Below the pieces are notes generated by a model. It did not search any database and had not been told where the DNA came from. It saw only the letters and a list, made by a program, of their open reading frames with translations. The position numbers were made by a program, and so were the translations under genes. DNA of 32,000 nt from Tenebrionibacter intestinalis (GTDB taxonomy: Bacteria > Pseudomonadota > Gammaproteobacteria > Enterobacterales > Enterobacteriaceae): contig NZ_JAEPBH010000028.1 of NCBI RefSeq assembly GCF_016632365.1, forward strand, positions 7,375 through 39,374, written 5' to 3'. Positions 16,097 to 26,100 of the stretch are shown one piece after another. Every line of letters starts with the position of its first letter. Positions within the stretch are counted from its first letter, which is position 1.

Positions 16097-17554
16097 ATGC
16101 CCCACACCACCACGACCGGCCTTACTCCCAAAGAGGCCATTGACCGGCTGGAAAAGCAGTATCAGAGTGCCGTCATCGCCCTGCGTGAGGCCATTTCCCG
16201 CTTTATTGCTCACGGTGAACTGCCGCAGGAAGACAGGCGCGCCGCCGGATTATTTGTCTACCCGGAGCTGCGCGTAAGCTGGGACGGCGAAGCGCACAGC
16301 GCGCCGCGAACCCGCGCATGGGGGCGTTTTACCCATCCCGGCAGCTACGCTACAACCATCACACGCCCGGCGCTGTTTCGTCGCTATCTGGAAGAGCAGC
16401 TTACTATTCTTACCCATGACTACGGCGCAAAGATTTCCGTTGCGCCGTCTGCACACGAAATTCCCTATCCCTATGTGATTGATGGTTCCAGCCTGTCTCT
16501 GGACAGATCAATAAGCGCCGGGCTGGCGCGCCATTTTCCAACAACCGAACTGGCGCTAATTGGCGACGAAACCGCAGACGGGCTGTTCCAGCCGAGCGGG
16601 CTTTATCCGCTGTCTCATTTCGATGCCCGACGCATCGATTTTTCGCTGGCGCGTTTGCGTCACTACACCGGCACGCCGCCTGAAAATATTCAGCCATTTG
16701 TGCTTTTCACCAACTACACCCGCTATGTGGACGAATTTATCCGCTGGGGGTGTAGCCAAATCCTCGATCCGCACAGCCCTTATATCGCGATGTCCTGCGC
16801 CGGCGACAGTTGGATCACGGCCGACACTGAAGCGCCGGAGGAAGAAATCTCCAGCCTGGCGTGGAAAAAACACCAGATGCCGGCCTGGCATCTTATTACT
16901 GCCGATGGCCAGGGCATTACGCTCATTAATATTGGTGTTGGCCCGTCCAACGCAAAAACCATTTGCGACCACCTTGCGGTACTGCGCCCTGAAGCGTGGT
17001 TGATGATAGGCCACTGCGGCGGTTTACGCGAAAGCCAGGCTATTGGCGATTATGTTCTGGCGCATGCCTATCTGCGTGACGATCACGTCCTTGATTCGGT
17101 ACTGCCGCCGGATATTCCTATTCCCAGCATCGCAGAAGTGCAGCGTGCGTTGTATGACGCCACTAAAGAAGTCAGCGGCATGCCGGGGGAGGAGGTTAAA
17201 CAACGGCTGCGTACCGGTACAGTGGTCACCACCGACGATCGCAACTGGGAGTTACGCTACGCCGCCTCGGCGCTACGCTTTAATCTCAGCCGCGCGGTCG
17301 CCATTGATATGGAAAGCGCCACCATCGCCGCGCAGGGGTACCGCTTTCGCGTACCTTATGGCACTCTGCTTTGCGTATCAGATAAGCCGTTACACGGAGA
17401 AATCAAACTCCCCGGCCAGGCGAACCGCTTTTATGAGGGCGCGATTTCCGAACATTTGCAGATAGGCATTCGCGCCATCGATCTGCTGCGCGCCGAAGGC
17501 GAGCGCCTGCACTCGCGCAAATTACGCACGTTTAACGAGCCGCCGTTCCGCTAG
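16097..17554 (+). CDS. amn: AMP nucleosidase
   Basis: Colinear with E. coli Amn from MPHTTTTGLTPKEAIDRLEKQYQS to ..LRTFNEPPFR, from memory. AAGGAG lies 8 nt upstream of the ATG at 16097. The ORF-track start at 15965 adds a non-homologous extension. Confidence 0.93.
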   Translation: MPHTTTTGLTPKEAIDRLEKQYQSAVIALREAISRFIAHGELPQEDRRAAGLFVYPELRVSWDGEAHSAPRTRAWGRFTHPGSYATTITRPALFRRYLEEQLTILTHDYGAKISVAPSAHEIPYPYVIDGSSLSLDRSISAGLARHFPTTELALIGDETADGLFQPSGLYPLSHFDARRIDFSLARLRHYTGTPPENIQPFVLFTNYTRYVDEFIRWGCSQILDPHSPYIAMSCAGDSWITADTEAPEEEISSLAWKKHQMPAWHLITADGQGITLINIGVGPSNAKTICDHLAVLRPEAWLMIGHCGGLRESQAIGDYVLAHAYLRDDHVLDSVLPPDIPIPSIAEVQRALYDATKEVSGMPGEEVKQRLRTGTVVTTDDRNWELRYAASALRFNLSRAVAIDMESATIAAQGYRFRVPYGTLLCVSDKPLHGEIKLPGQANRFYEGAISEHLQIGIRAIDLLRAEGERLHSRKLRTFNEPPFR

Positions 17555-17588
17555 CAGCCAGACTTAGCACATAAAAGCGCCAGGACAC

Positions 17589-17626
17589 GCGCGTTTGCGG
17601 AATAAATCAGCAAACGCGCTTTTTTT
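17589..17626 (+). terminator. Rho-independent terminator of amn
   Basis: GCGCGTTTGC (17589-17598) pairs with GCAAACGCGC (17610-17619), followed by T7. Confidence 0.85.
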
Positions 17627-17638
17627 GCTGAACAGCCT

Positions 17639-17667
17639 TTGACAAGCCAGGCCAGCGCCATTACTAT
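17639..17667 (+). promoter_or_regulatory. Sigma70 promoter of tRNA-Asn
   Basis: TTGACA (17639-17644), 17 nt, TACTAT (17662-17667), GC-rich discriminator. Confidence 0.65.
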
Positions 17668-17685
17668 TCGCCCCGTTCACATAAT

Positions 17686-17761
17686 TCCTCTGTAGTTCAG
17701 TCGGTAGAACGGCGGACTGTTAATCCGTATGTCACTGGTTCGAGTCCAGTCAGAGGAGCCA
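17686..17761 (+). tRNA. asnW: tRNA-Asn (GUU)
   Basis: Identical 76-nt sequence to 6017-6092. The symbol is assigned from amn - tRNA - yeeO synteny with E. coli. Confidence 0.95.
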
Positions 17762-17769
17762 GTTTAAGG

Positions 17770-17797
17770 AAAGCAGACGTTCACAGACGTCTGCTTT
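17770..17797 (+). terminator. Stem-loop terminator downstream of tRNA-Asn
   Basis: AAAGCAGACGT / ACGTCTGCTTT stem with a 6-nt loop. It is paralogous to 19837-19864. Confidence 0.6.
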
Positions 17798-17899
17798 CTG
17801 CGTTTCCGGCAGTCAGTTATTCCCTTTTCCACGTTCACCCGAAACCATACCCTTTTGCGGGTAAACCGCCTGGTAAGATATTTACCAACAAACGAGGGG

Positions 17900-18072
17900 C
17901 CACCACTTACTAATGCCAAACAGGCCCTTTAATAAGAAAGACAAAAGGACCGATGGCTTCGGTATATTCCCCCTATTCATCTGGCGGTTCAATATCCCGG
18001 CAGTTGGCCTACCGTTTCGACGAGTATCTCAACAGGCGTCTGCCCTGCTGTTTTATCGGCTGATATGACGTG
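17900..18072 (+). pseudogene. Decayed 5' remnant (about 55-60 codons) of a P4-type integrase (lineage 2), paralogous to the intact int at 20009
   Basis: Nucleotide blocks align with 19985-20215: TTTACCAACAAACGAGGGG, GACCGATGGCTTCGGTATATTCC, GGCCTACCGTTTCGA, CCCTGCTGTTTT. Indels and stops interrupt them. The att-proximal 17762-17899 is also homologous to 19829-19985. Confidence 0.7.
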
Positions 18073-18137
18073 ACGGTTGCCTGATTAAAGGCTCGCCACC
18101 CCATTTAACACAAAAAACCGCGGGCCGGGAAATTTCA

Positions 18138-19601
18138 TTACGCCTGTGGTTTGGGAGAACGTGGATACTTCCACAACCAGCGGCCGCTTACCATTCGCCA
18201 GTAAAAAAGCGCGGCGCGGACCATCCAGTCAAGGAACATACCAAGCCACACGCCAATAACGCCCCAGCCAAGCAGCACCCCCAGCGTATAACCGACGACC
18301 ACGCGACACCCCCACATGCCAAGCATGGATACCCACATGGCAAAGCGCGCGTCACGCGCGCCTTTTAGCCCGGAAGGCAGCACCCAGGAGGCCGCCCAGA
18401 TGGGCATAAACAAAGCGTTAAGCCAGATGAGCTCTTTCACTACCTGCTTAACTTGCGGATCGTGAGTGTAGAACGATGCCATTAACCCGGCGAACGGCGC
18501 GCTCAGCCAGGCAATGGCGGTTAACCCAAGGGTTGAAAGCCAGAACACATGACGCAACTGGCGCTCTGCCTGGCCAGTTTGCCCTTTCCCCAGCCGCCGC
18601 CCGACGATAATGGTTGATGCAGAACCGAGCGCGTTGCCCGGCAGGTTAATCAACCCGGCGATAGAGAAAGCGATAAAGTTACCGGCAATAACGCTGGTTC
18701 CCATGCCCGCCACAAACATTTGCGTCAGCAGTTTACCGCCGTTAAACAGCACCGACTCGACGCTTGCCGGAATGCCAATACCTAATACTTCATACAAGAT
18801 ATTGAAATTAAGCGGCCTGAAATAGCTGCGCAGAGAGATACGCAGCGATTTGTAACCCTTCATCAGCACCCACAAAATGCCGATAGCGCCAATATAGCGT
18901 GAGAAGGTAACGCCCAGCCCGGCGCCAGCAAACCCCAGCCCCGGCCAGGAAAAGACGCCATAGATCAATATGCTGCTAATAATGATATTAAGGATATTCA
19001 TACCGCCGTTAATCAGCAGCGGAATACGGGTATTTCCCGCACCGCGCAGCGCGCCGCTGCCAATAAGCGCGATGGCCGCCGCCGGATAGCTCCAGGCGGT
19101 CAGTTCCAGATAGTTCAGCGCCAGCGTTTTCACCTCCGGCGAAGCCGCGCCAGCAATAAAATCCACTATATCCTTACCAACTGTGTGAATCAGCACTGCC
19201 AGCAGTATCGCCACCAGCGTCATTAACACCAGCGACTGGCGAGTGGCTGCCCGCGCCCGTTTGCCTTGTCTTCTGCCAAGGCTAAAGGCCACCACCACCG
19301 TAGTGCCAAGGTCTACTGCGGCGAAGAAGGCCATGATCACCATATTAAAACTGTCGGCCATGCCCACACCCGCCATTGCCTCTTTACCCAGCCAGCTTAC
19401 CAGGAACGTGCTCAGCACGCCCATCAGCATAACGCAGGTATTTTCCAGAAAAATAGGCACGGCCAACGGCGTGATTTCACGCCAGAACAGAGTTCGGTAG
19501 CTTTTACGACGCGGATACCAGGGGGTGCGCTCCACCGCCTGGCGCACTGTGGCATAGAGTTTCAAACGCAACCTGCTTGAGAAAGTGAAACAACTTTTCA
19601 A
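18138..19601 (-). CDS. yeeO: MATE-family efflux transporter YeeO
   Basis: 487 aa polytopic membrane protein, colinear with E. coli YeeO from memory (RTPWY.RRKSYR.LFWREITPLAVPIF..). It sits between two tRNA-Asn genes as in E. coli. The exact start codon is uncertain. Confidence 0.88.
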   Translation of the reverse strand: MKSCFTFSSRLRLKLYATVRQAVERTPWYPRRKSYRTLFWREITPLAVPIFLENTCVMLMGVLSTFLVSWLGKEAMAGVGMADSFNMVIMAFFAAVDLGTTVVVAFSLGRRQGKRARAATRQSLVLMTLVAILLAVLIHTVGKDIVDFIAGAASPEVKTLALNYLELTAWSYPAAAIALIGSGALRGAGNTRIPLLINGGMNILNIIISSILIYGVFSWPGLGFAGAGLGVTFSRYIGAIGILWVLMKGYKSLRISLRSYFRPLNFNILYEVLGIGIPASVESVLFNGGKLLTQMFVAGMGTSVIAGNFIAFSIAGLINLPGNALGSASTIIVGRRLGKGQTGQAERQLRHVFWLSTLGLTAIAWLSAPFAGLMASFYTHDPQVKQVVKELIWLNALFMPIWAASWVLPSGLKGARDARFAMWVSMLGMWGCRVVVGYTLGVLLGWGVIGVWLGMFLDWMVRAALFYWRMVSGRWLWKYPRSPKPQA

Positions 19602-19706
19602 TCATGGGCCACAACAGCTTAACGTGCAAAGCGTTTTTGCGACAAAATAATTTATGTCAGGCGCTGTACAATTAAGCAAACAGAACGCCCTGGGCGGCCA
19701 CAACGT

Positions 19707-19734
19707 TTGACAAAATATTTTTCGCCGCTAAGAT
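19707..19734 (+). promoter_or_regulatory. Sigma70 promoter of tRNA-Asn
   Basis: TTGACA (19707-19712), 16 nt, TAAGAT (19729-19734). Confidence 0.6.
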
Positions 19735-19752
19735 AAGCCTCCACACCACGAT

Positions 19753-19828
19753 TCCTCTGTAGTTCAGTCGGTAGAACGGCGGACTGTTAATCCGTATGTC
19801 ACTGGTTCGAGTCCAGTCAGAGGAGCCA
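19753..19828 (+). tRNA. asnU: tRNA-Asn (GUU)
   Basis: Identical 76-nt sequence to the other two copies. The symbol is assigned from synteny (downstream of yeeO). Confidence 0.95.
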
Positions 19829-19836
19829 TTTTCAAG

Positions 19837-19864
19837 AAAGCAGACGTTCACTAACGTCTGCTTT
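19837..19864 (+). terminator. Stem-loop terminator downstream of tRNA-Asn (island-borne)
   Basis: AAAGCAGACGTT / AACGTCTGCTTT, a 12-bp stem with a 4-nt loop. Confidence 0.6.
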
Positions 19865-20008
19865 CTGCATTTCTATCAATTGGTTATCCCCTCTCAGTCG
19901 TTCACCCTCGTTCACTAAAAACCACTCGAAGCCATATCATTTTGATGGTAAAAATGCTGGTAATGCTGGTTCGATTTCCCTTTTACCAACAAATGAGGGG
20001 GTGTTTTC

Positions 20009-21283
20009 ATGTCACTGACTGATATTAAAGCAAAAAATGCAAAACCCCTTGAGAAGGAATACAAGCTGACTGATGGCTTTGGTATGTTCCTTCGTGTTAC
20101 CCCTAAAGGTTCGAAATACTGGCAAATGGCCTACCGTTTCGAAGGAAAGCAAAAACTTTTCTCTATCGGTGTTTACCCTGCTGTTTCTCTTTCTGACGCA
20201 AGACAACGCCGTGACGAGGCCAGAAGGCTTCTGGCTCAGGGTATTGACCCTAATGCAAAGAAACAGGCAGAGGTTAAAGAGCTTAAAGCCAAACGTGATA
20301 ATACACGCTCCTTCAGAACAGTAGCAAAAGCGTGGTTCGCCACGAAAACAAAATGGTCTGATGATTATGGTGATGCCGTATGGAAGCGCCTTGAAACTTA
20401 TGTCTTCCCGGTAATCGGTGACAAAGATGTTGCCGAACTGGATACGGGTGATCTGCTGGTTCCGGTGAAAAAGGTGGAGGCTCTTGGTTATCTTGAAGTC
20501 GCCATGCGCATTCAACAATACATTACGGCGATCCTGCGTCATGCCGTCCAGCAAAAGCTGATACGCCATAACCCAGCCTATGATATGGAAGGTGCAGTTC
20601 AGAAACCACAAACTGAACACCGCCCTGCACTTGAGCTGGAAGAAATACCCCAGCTACTGAACAAAATTGCCGAATACAAAGGCCGCAGGTTAACCATACT
20701 GGCAATACAGCTCAATCTGATGATTTTCATTCGTTCCAGTGAGCTGCGTTTCGCTCGCTGGTCAGAAATTGATTTCAAAAGTAAGTTATGGGTGATACCC
20801 GAACAGCGTGAAGCGATTGAAAACGTCAAACATTCAACTCGTGGGGCTAAAATGAAGCGTAAGCACTTCGTTCCCCTTTGTAAGCAGGCCATGAAGATAC
20901 TCAAAGAGATCCGACAACTGACTTATGAAGAAGGTCAAGATGATGGGTTAATCTTTACTGGCTGTTATGACTCGTTTAAACCCATGAGTGAAAACACCAT
21001 CAACAAAGCCCTGCGTAATATGGGATATAACACGAAGCAGGACATCTGTGGACACGGTTTCCGAACACTGGCCTGTAGTGCCTTAATTGAGTCCGGGCTA
21101 TGGTCAGAAGACGCTGTAGAGCTTCAGATGAGCCATAAGGAAAGCAACAGTGTCCGGGCAGCTTATACCCACAAGGCTAAACACCTTGATCAACGCCGTC
21201 TGATGCTTCAGTGGTGGGCTGATTTCCTTGATGCTAACAGTAACGATATGGTCAGACCGTTTGAGTTTGCTTCAAATAAATAA
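20009..21283 (+). CDS. int: P4-type tyrosine integrase
   Basis: 424 aa. N-terminal arm-binding pattern LTDIKAKNAKP..KEYKLTDGFGMFLRVTPKGSKYWQMAYRF.GKQK. Catalytic residues in RSSELRFARW, GHGFRT and VRAAYTH. It lies adjacent to the tRNA. Confidence 0.93.
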   Translation: MSLTDIKAKNAKPLEKEYKLTDGFGMFLRVTPKGSKYWQMAYRFEGKQKLFSIGVYPAVSLSDARQRRDEARRLLAQGIDPNAKKQAEVKELKAKRDNTRSFRTVAKAWFATKTKWSDDYGDAVWKRLETYVFPVIGDKDVAELDTGDLLVPVKKVEALGYLEVAMRIQQYITAILRHAVQQKLIRHNPAYDMEGAVQKPQTEHRPALELEEIPQLLNKIAEYKGRRLTILAIQLNLMIFIRSSELRFARWSEIDFKSKLWVIPEQREAIENVKHSTRGAKMKRKHFVPLCKQAMKILKEIRQLTYEEGQDDGLIFTGCYDSFKPMSENTINKALRNMGYNTKQDICGHGFRTLACSALIESGLWSEDAVELQMSHKESNSVRAAYTHKAKHLDQRRLMLQWWADFLDANSNDMVRPFEFASNK

Positions 21284-21286
21284 AGG

Positions 21287-21308
21287 GAAAGGCCGTTCGC
21301 GGCCTTTC
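21287..21308. terminator. Bidirectional terminator between convergent int and the 484-aa gene
   Basis: GAAAGGCCG-TTCG-CGGCCTTTC, a 9-bp stem with a UUCG tetraloop, flanked by A/T runs on both sides. Confidence 0.7.
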
Positions 21309-21329
21309 AACTTCATGCTTAATTACAGT

Positions 21330-22721
21330 CTATGCTGAATATGATACTGAATCTTTCTCTATCGCTAAACCAGCGATTTTTTCCAGCATTATTTCCCAGA
21401 GTGCGTATTTTCTTTTGTGCTCAATAAACAGAGATTTTAAATACTCTTCTGTTGAAGGGATTTTTTCAGTCCATGCAATATCTTTACTGTAATCAATGCT
21501 TTTTTTCATATCAGATGCCGCATAGGTGTAGTATTTACTCTGAGAACGACTGATACTGTCCTCTGCCAGCACTCTACGGAGCAGAGTTGCAGAACATGCA
21601 TAACCATGCCTGTAAAGCTCACTCGATAAGGTACGAACAAAAGAACCGCGTAATAAAGACATCATCTCTGCGATTTCATTTTCACTCGCATTCATGACTT
21701 CAGAATCAAGTTTTCCATAACTATCTGTCCCGGACAAGAAAAGAATAACAAACGAAAAGCCTTTTTTCTTTGCTATGCCAGAGAACAAATCCAGTGAGTC
21801 ATTATTTTTCTCTACCCGATTATAGATATTATAAAAAATAACATCACACCTGTTCTTAAATCCGTCTATACAAATTGTTTTTGCCTGCTGAATCTCGCCT
21901 TCTTCAATCAACGCCAGAGCCAACACCTCAGTCCATTTATCACGAAGCCCTGCCTGATCAACTGATTTATCTTCTTTGATTTTATTGAGAACCTGAATGG
22001 CTTCCTCAGTGCACAGTTCATCAACCAGCAACTCAGCAAACTTAATGATGTATTCTGGCTGGTTCAGTTTTCTTTTCTCAAAGCATTGCCTGATGAAATC
22101 AACATCCCTGATATACAGACTTAACTCAACAGCATCATTAACATCACCTGTCTTAAGAAGACTTTCCCTTAAAGCACGAATAACATTGTATCCCAGCTCT
22201 TTTTTATACTTATCAAAAATATCAAAGTTAAAATACACATCACCTTTAAGTACGGAAAGTATTTTATCCGCTATAACATCAATGCTTTTGTCTTTTTGTA
22301 GGGACAGGGATTTTAACCATATTTCGAGAGCACCATTATAATAGTCCATCCATGATCCATCTGATGTATCAGCAATTTCGCTGACTTTATCAAATGAGAG
22401 CAGTAAATCATGGCAAAACGCCTCGGTTTTTTCAGGCAGCGTTGACACCGTCTTTTCAAGTGGAAATATGACATTCCTGTATAGCCCCTCAAAAAAAACC
22501 GCTGCTTCATAATAATCATGAAAGCGTTTTGTTTTAATTATCCTTTTGTATTCAGCCTCAGCCTTTTTCAGTGATTCTTCTGGAGTTAACAGATATTTAT
22601 TAATAAGAAAGGATTTTGCCTGACTATTATCCTCTGCAATATCACAAATTATTTGCATGAGTTGATCGGCAGGCATTTCCTTGAGTAAAGAAAGTTGTTT
22701 CTTGTTCAGTTTAGCCATCAT
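21330..22721 (-). CDS. Hypothetical, apparently all-alpha protein (about 463 aa from the Met at 22721; the ORF is open to 22784)
   Basis: Long ORF in AT-rich DNA. The start is preferred at MMAKLNKKQL because AGGA lies 5-6 nt upstream. I recognise no catalytic motif. Confidence 0.7.
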   Translation of the reverse strand: MMAKLNKKQLSLLKEMPADQLMQIICDIAEDNSQAKSFLINKYLLTPEESLKKAEAEYKRIIKTKRFHDYYEAAVFFEGLYRNVIFPLEKTVSTLPEKTEAFCHDLLLSFDKVSEIADTSDGSWMDYYNGALEIWLKSLSLQKDKSIDVIADKILSVLKGDVYFNFDIFDKYKKELGYNVIRALRESLLKTGDVNDAVELSLYIRDVDFIRQCFEKRKLNQPEYIIKFAELLVDELCTEEAIQVLNKIKEDKSVDQAGLRDKWTEVLALALIEEGEIQQAKTICIDGFKNRCDVIFYNIYNRVEKNNDSLDLFSGIAKKKGFSFVILFLSGTDSYGKLDSEVMNASENEIAEMMSLLRGSFVRTLSSELYRHGYACSATLLRRVLAEDSISRSQSKYYTYAASDMKKSIDYSKDIAWTEKIPSTEEYLKSLFIEHKRKYALWEIMLEKIAGLAIEKDSVSYSA

Positions 22722-22875
22722 CACATCCTGATAATGTTTGGTAGACGCAGAAAAGCTAATTGTACTAACACGAGGACAGAACATTCAATAAAAGCATTAA
22801 CATAATGATTTAAAAAGAAATCTGTAGGACGCTGTTCATTGATGAAATGCACTATTTACCGTAAAATATCCCCCA

Positions 22876-23097
22876 TCAAACAGTAACCTGATAAAGATAC
22901 GTGGCATGGTCAATGAACAAACGACCAATGCAATCAGGAAAATTCTCAAAATGATCACTTAGAGCCTGTCTCAACAGAATCGTGAAACATTCTCCAAGTG
23001 ATGCTTTACTGTATCTGGGTGCAATAGATGAGGTCACAAACACAATACCCAGCAAATGAAAAAGGCTTTTATTGACTTCCCTGTAATAAAGAAACTC
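22876..23097 (-). pseudogene. Start-less 73-codon open frame downstream of hsdR (probable gene fragment)
   Basis: The minus frame reads EFLYYREVNKSLFHLLGIVFVTSSIAPRYSKASLGECFTILLRQALSDHFENFPDCIGRLFIDHATYLYQVTV* with no in-frame ATG. An ATG (MRVSLLQGSQ*) sits in a different frame just upstream. A 73-codon stop-free run is unusual in DNA this AT-rich. Confidence 0.25.
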
Positions 23098-23164
23098 TCA
23101 TTTTCAGGGAAAAGTCAGTAGATTAAAAGCCTCCACTTCCAATACATCTATAATAAATAGATGA

Positions 23165-26100
23165 TTATTGTAATTTGGTTAGATCAATATCGTGTCCACT
23201 TTGTAAGACTTTACATAACACTTTAATGATATTATTGATCGCCTGATCGTCACTTTTTAACAATAAACTGGACAGTGCTTGGTGTGAACCAAGTGCCTGT
23301 ATAATTGCAGATTTAACTGCTGTTGGTAAATTCCCTTTTAAAATGATTTCTTCACTGTTGTTTTCAACCTGAGCCATGACCACATCATTTTTTCGTAAAA
23401 TTGTAGCCAAATGATTAATATAAATAACTTGTTCAGCTTTTGTGGATACATCACCAAAAGCAGCTGAGATCATGTCTATGACATCTTTAAGGTAGTTTAA
23501 TTGTGTTGGTGCTTTCTCACCTGTAGCCTTTGGGATAATAGGTTCTAAAGGTGAAATATCTGGTGTATCAGGACCGTCATCTTGCCCATTCAATTTCTTT
23601 TTGAATATACCATACCCAGTAAGTACTAAACCGGAAATATCAACTTCTTTAGTCGGCAATCCATTTAATCGTTTCGAAACTAATTTACTGAATGCTGCTA
23701 AGTTTTCTAGTTCAGGGTCACCAAAATCTATGAGTTGCGCAACATAGCTATAGATACGTGCAAATTTTCCAAGATTGTTCTTAAAATCTGTATGGGCCAG
23801 TAGTTCCGAGCTAAGTTGTTTACGCTCAAATTCAGCTTGTTCTGCGCCTTGTGTGTTACCTTGTGCTGTTGCTTGATTGAAAGCATTTTCCTGTATTTCA
23901 ATGGCTTCATTCAGCATTTTGAGCTTATGGTTATACAATCGAACCACACGATCTGTTGCTTTAAATAAATCGGGATGTTTGTTACCATCAAAACTATCGT
24001 TAGCGATTTCTCGAATCGTTTTAAATCGTGCTACTTTAAATTGTTCTAAATCTTCTTCGGTATAAAGATTCGAATCATCTAAACTATCTTTAATGGTATA
24101 AACCACATTTGGGTCTTGAACCTCAAGGATTTCAGCACCGTTATCATATTTCTTAAAGCACTCAACTATCCAATCAGGGTCATTCACAAAGTCTATAATA
24201 TAGATTTGATCTTTACCTGTTGTTGTGCGATTTAGGCGTGATAAGGTTTGTACAACTTCAACTTCATTACCAATCTTCTTATCAAGATACATGGCACATA
24301 GTTTTGGTTGGTCAAAGCCGGTTTGAAACTTATTTGCAACAACCATTAAACGATATTCAGGACGATCAAAAGTAATGCGTAAGTCACTATTCGGAATATC
24401 AGCATTCATATTCGCTTCGGTAAACTCAGCATCTTCTTCAAATGCAAAGATGCCCCCCTCACTGACCGAACCATCATCATCATGGCTTAATTGCTTGCCT
24501 GTGAGTTTACCTGAAAATGCTACTAAAACGCGGTATTCGCTATAGTCAGGGTTTTTCTCTATATAGTTTTCCAATGCTATTTTATAACGAGCGGCTGCAG
24601 GTCTTGAGCTTGTTACGATCATCGCTTTTGCTTGACCATTGAGTAAGTTTGCTACGTTATAGTGAAAATGCTCAACAATGAATTTTACTTTTTGTGTGAC
24701 ATTAGTAGCGTGTAAGTTCATCCATTTTGCAAGAGCTTTTTTAGCAGACCGACCATCAACTCGTTTGTCATTATGAACTGCATCACCACCTAATTTATAG
24801 GCAGTTGTGTAAGGTACATAACCTTTCAGCACATCAAGAATAAATCCTTCCTCAATGGCTTGCCGTTGTGTATATTTGTGGAATGAATCAGGAACAGTTT
24901 CACCCTCTTTCAACGTCCCAAATAGCATTTTAGTAGAATGTTTTGGCGTAGCAGTAAAGGCAAAGTGGCTAATACTTTTTGATTGAACTCTTGATTTTTG
25001 AATCTGCTCAAGCAATTCTTCAACCGTAAGATTTGCCATATCTTCACTTGATTTTAAAGCAAGTGTAGCTTGTAATTTTGACGCTGTAGAGCCTGTTTGT
25101 GAAGTATGTGCTTCATCAATCACAATGCCATAGTTACGATCACTCAAACTCGTATGCGTTAAAATAGCTTCCATGACATGAGGGAATGTTTGAATCGTTA
25201 CAATGATGATGGGCTTATTGCTAAGTAGGGCATCTTCAAGCTGTTTGCTTTTCGATTTCCCTGAGTTTTCTTTATCATCACGATTGATGGCTGCGATCAA
25301 TCCTTTTTGATGATCAATCTGTTGAATGGCATCTTGTAGTTGTGCATCAAGTACCGTTCTGTCTGTAACGACGATAATGGAGTTATAAAACGGTGTTCCA
25401 TCATCTTCACGCAACCGAATGAGCGAATGACACAACCAAGAAATTGTTGAAGTTTTACCTGACCCTGCACTATGTTCACAGAGGTAGTTTGTTCCAACAC
25501 CATTTTTGCTAAGGTCTTTTACAATCTCGGTAACTGCATCAAATTGGTGATAACGTGGGAACATTAAGCGTTCTTGTACCGACCAATTGCCATAAAGGTC
25601 AACTTTGTTTTTCTTCTCGATATATACAAAATGATGAAAGATATTGAGCCAATGATTACGCTCTAAAATATATTTCCAAAAGTAGTCAATCGGATAAACT
25701 TCGCCTTTACTTGGGTCAGCACTTGGATTGCCTTCATGACCATTGTTTCCTTTGTTAAAAGGTAAAAAGAACGTATTCGCACCATCTAAAGCAGTCGTCA
25801 TGTAAATTTCAGATTCACATACGGCAAAATGTACAATCGCACCACGTTTAGGTGTGAGTAATGGTTCTTTACGTTTGGTTTTAGGGTCTATCGGCTGACG
25901 ATCATTTCTATATTGGTCTATCGCATCCTCAATGCTTTGGTTAAATTCAGTTTTGATTTCAACCGTTGCCATTGGCAAGCCATTGATAAAGAATACAAGG
26001 TCTAAAATGCCTGAATCTTTTGATGGATGGTATTTGAGCTGTGGTACAACACGTAGGATATTGGCATTGTACTTAGCAATCGTAGTCTGATTACGCTGAT

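Noticed and set aside
18610-20904. Antisense ORFs within yeeO (18610-18825, 19243-19580) and within int (20012-20620, 20523-20904, and + frame 20073-20324).
   Set aside because: They overlap confidently assigned genes and have no motifs or ribosome-binding sites.
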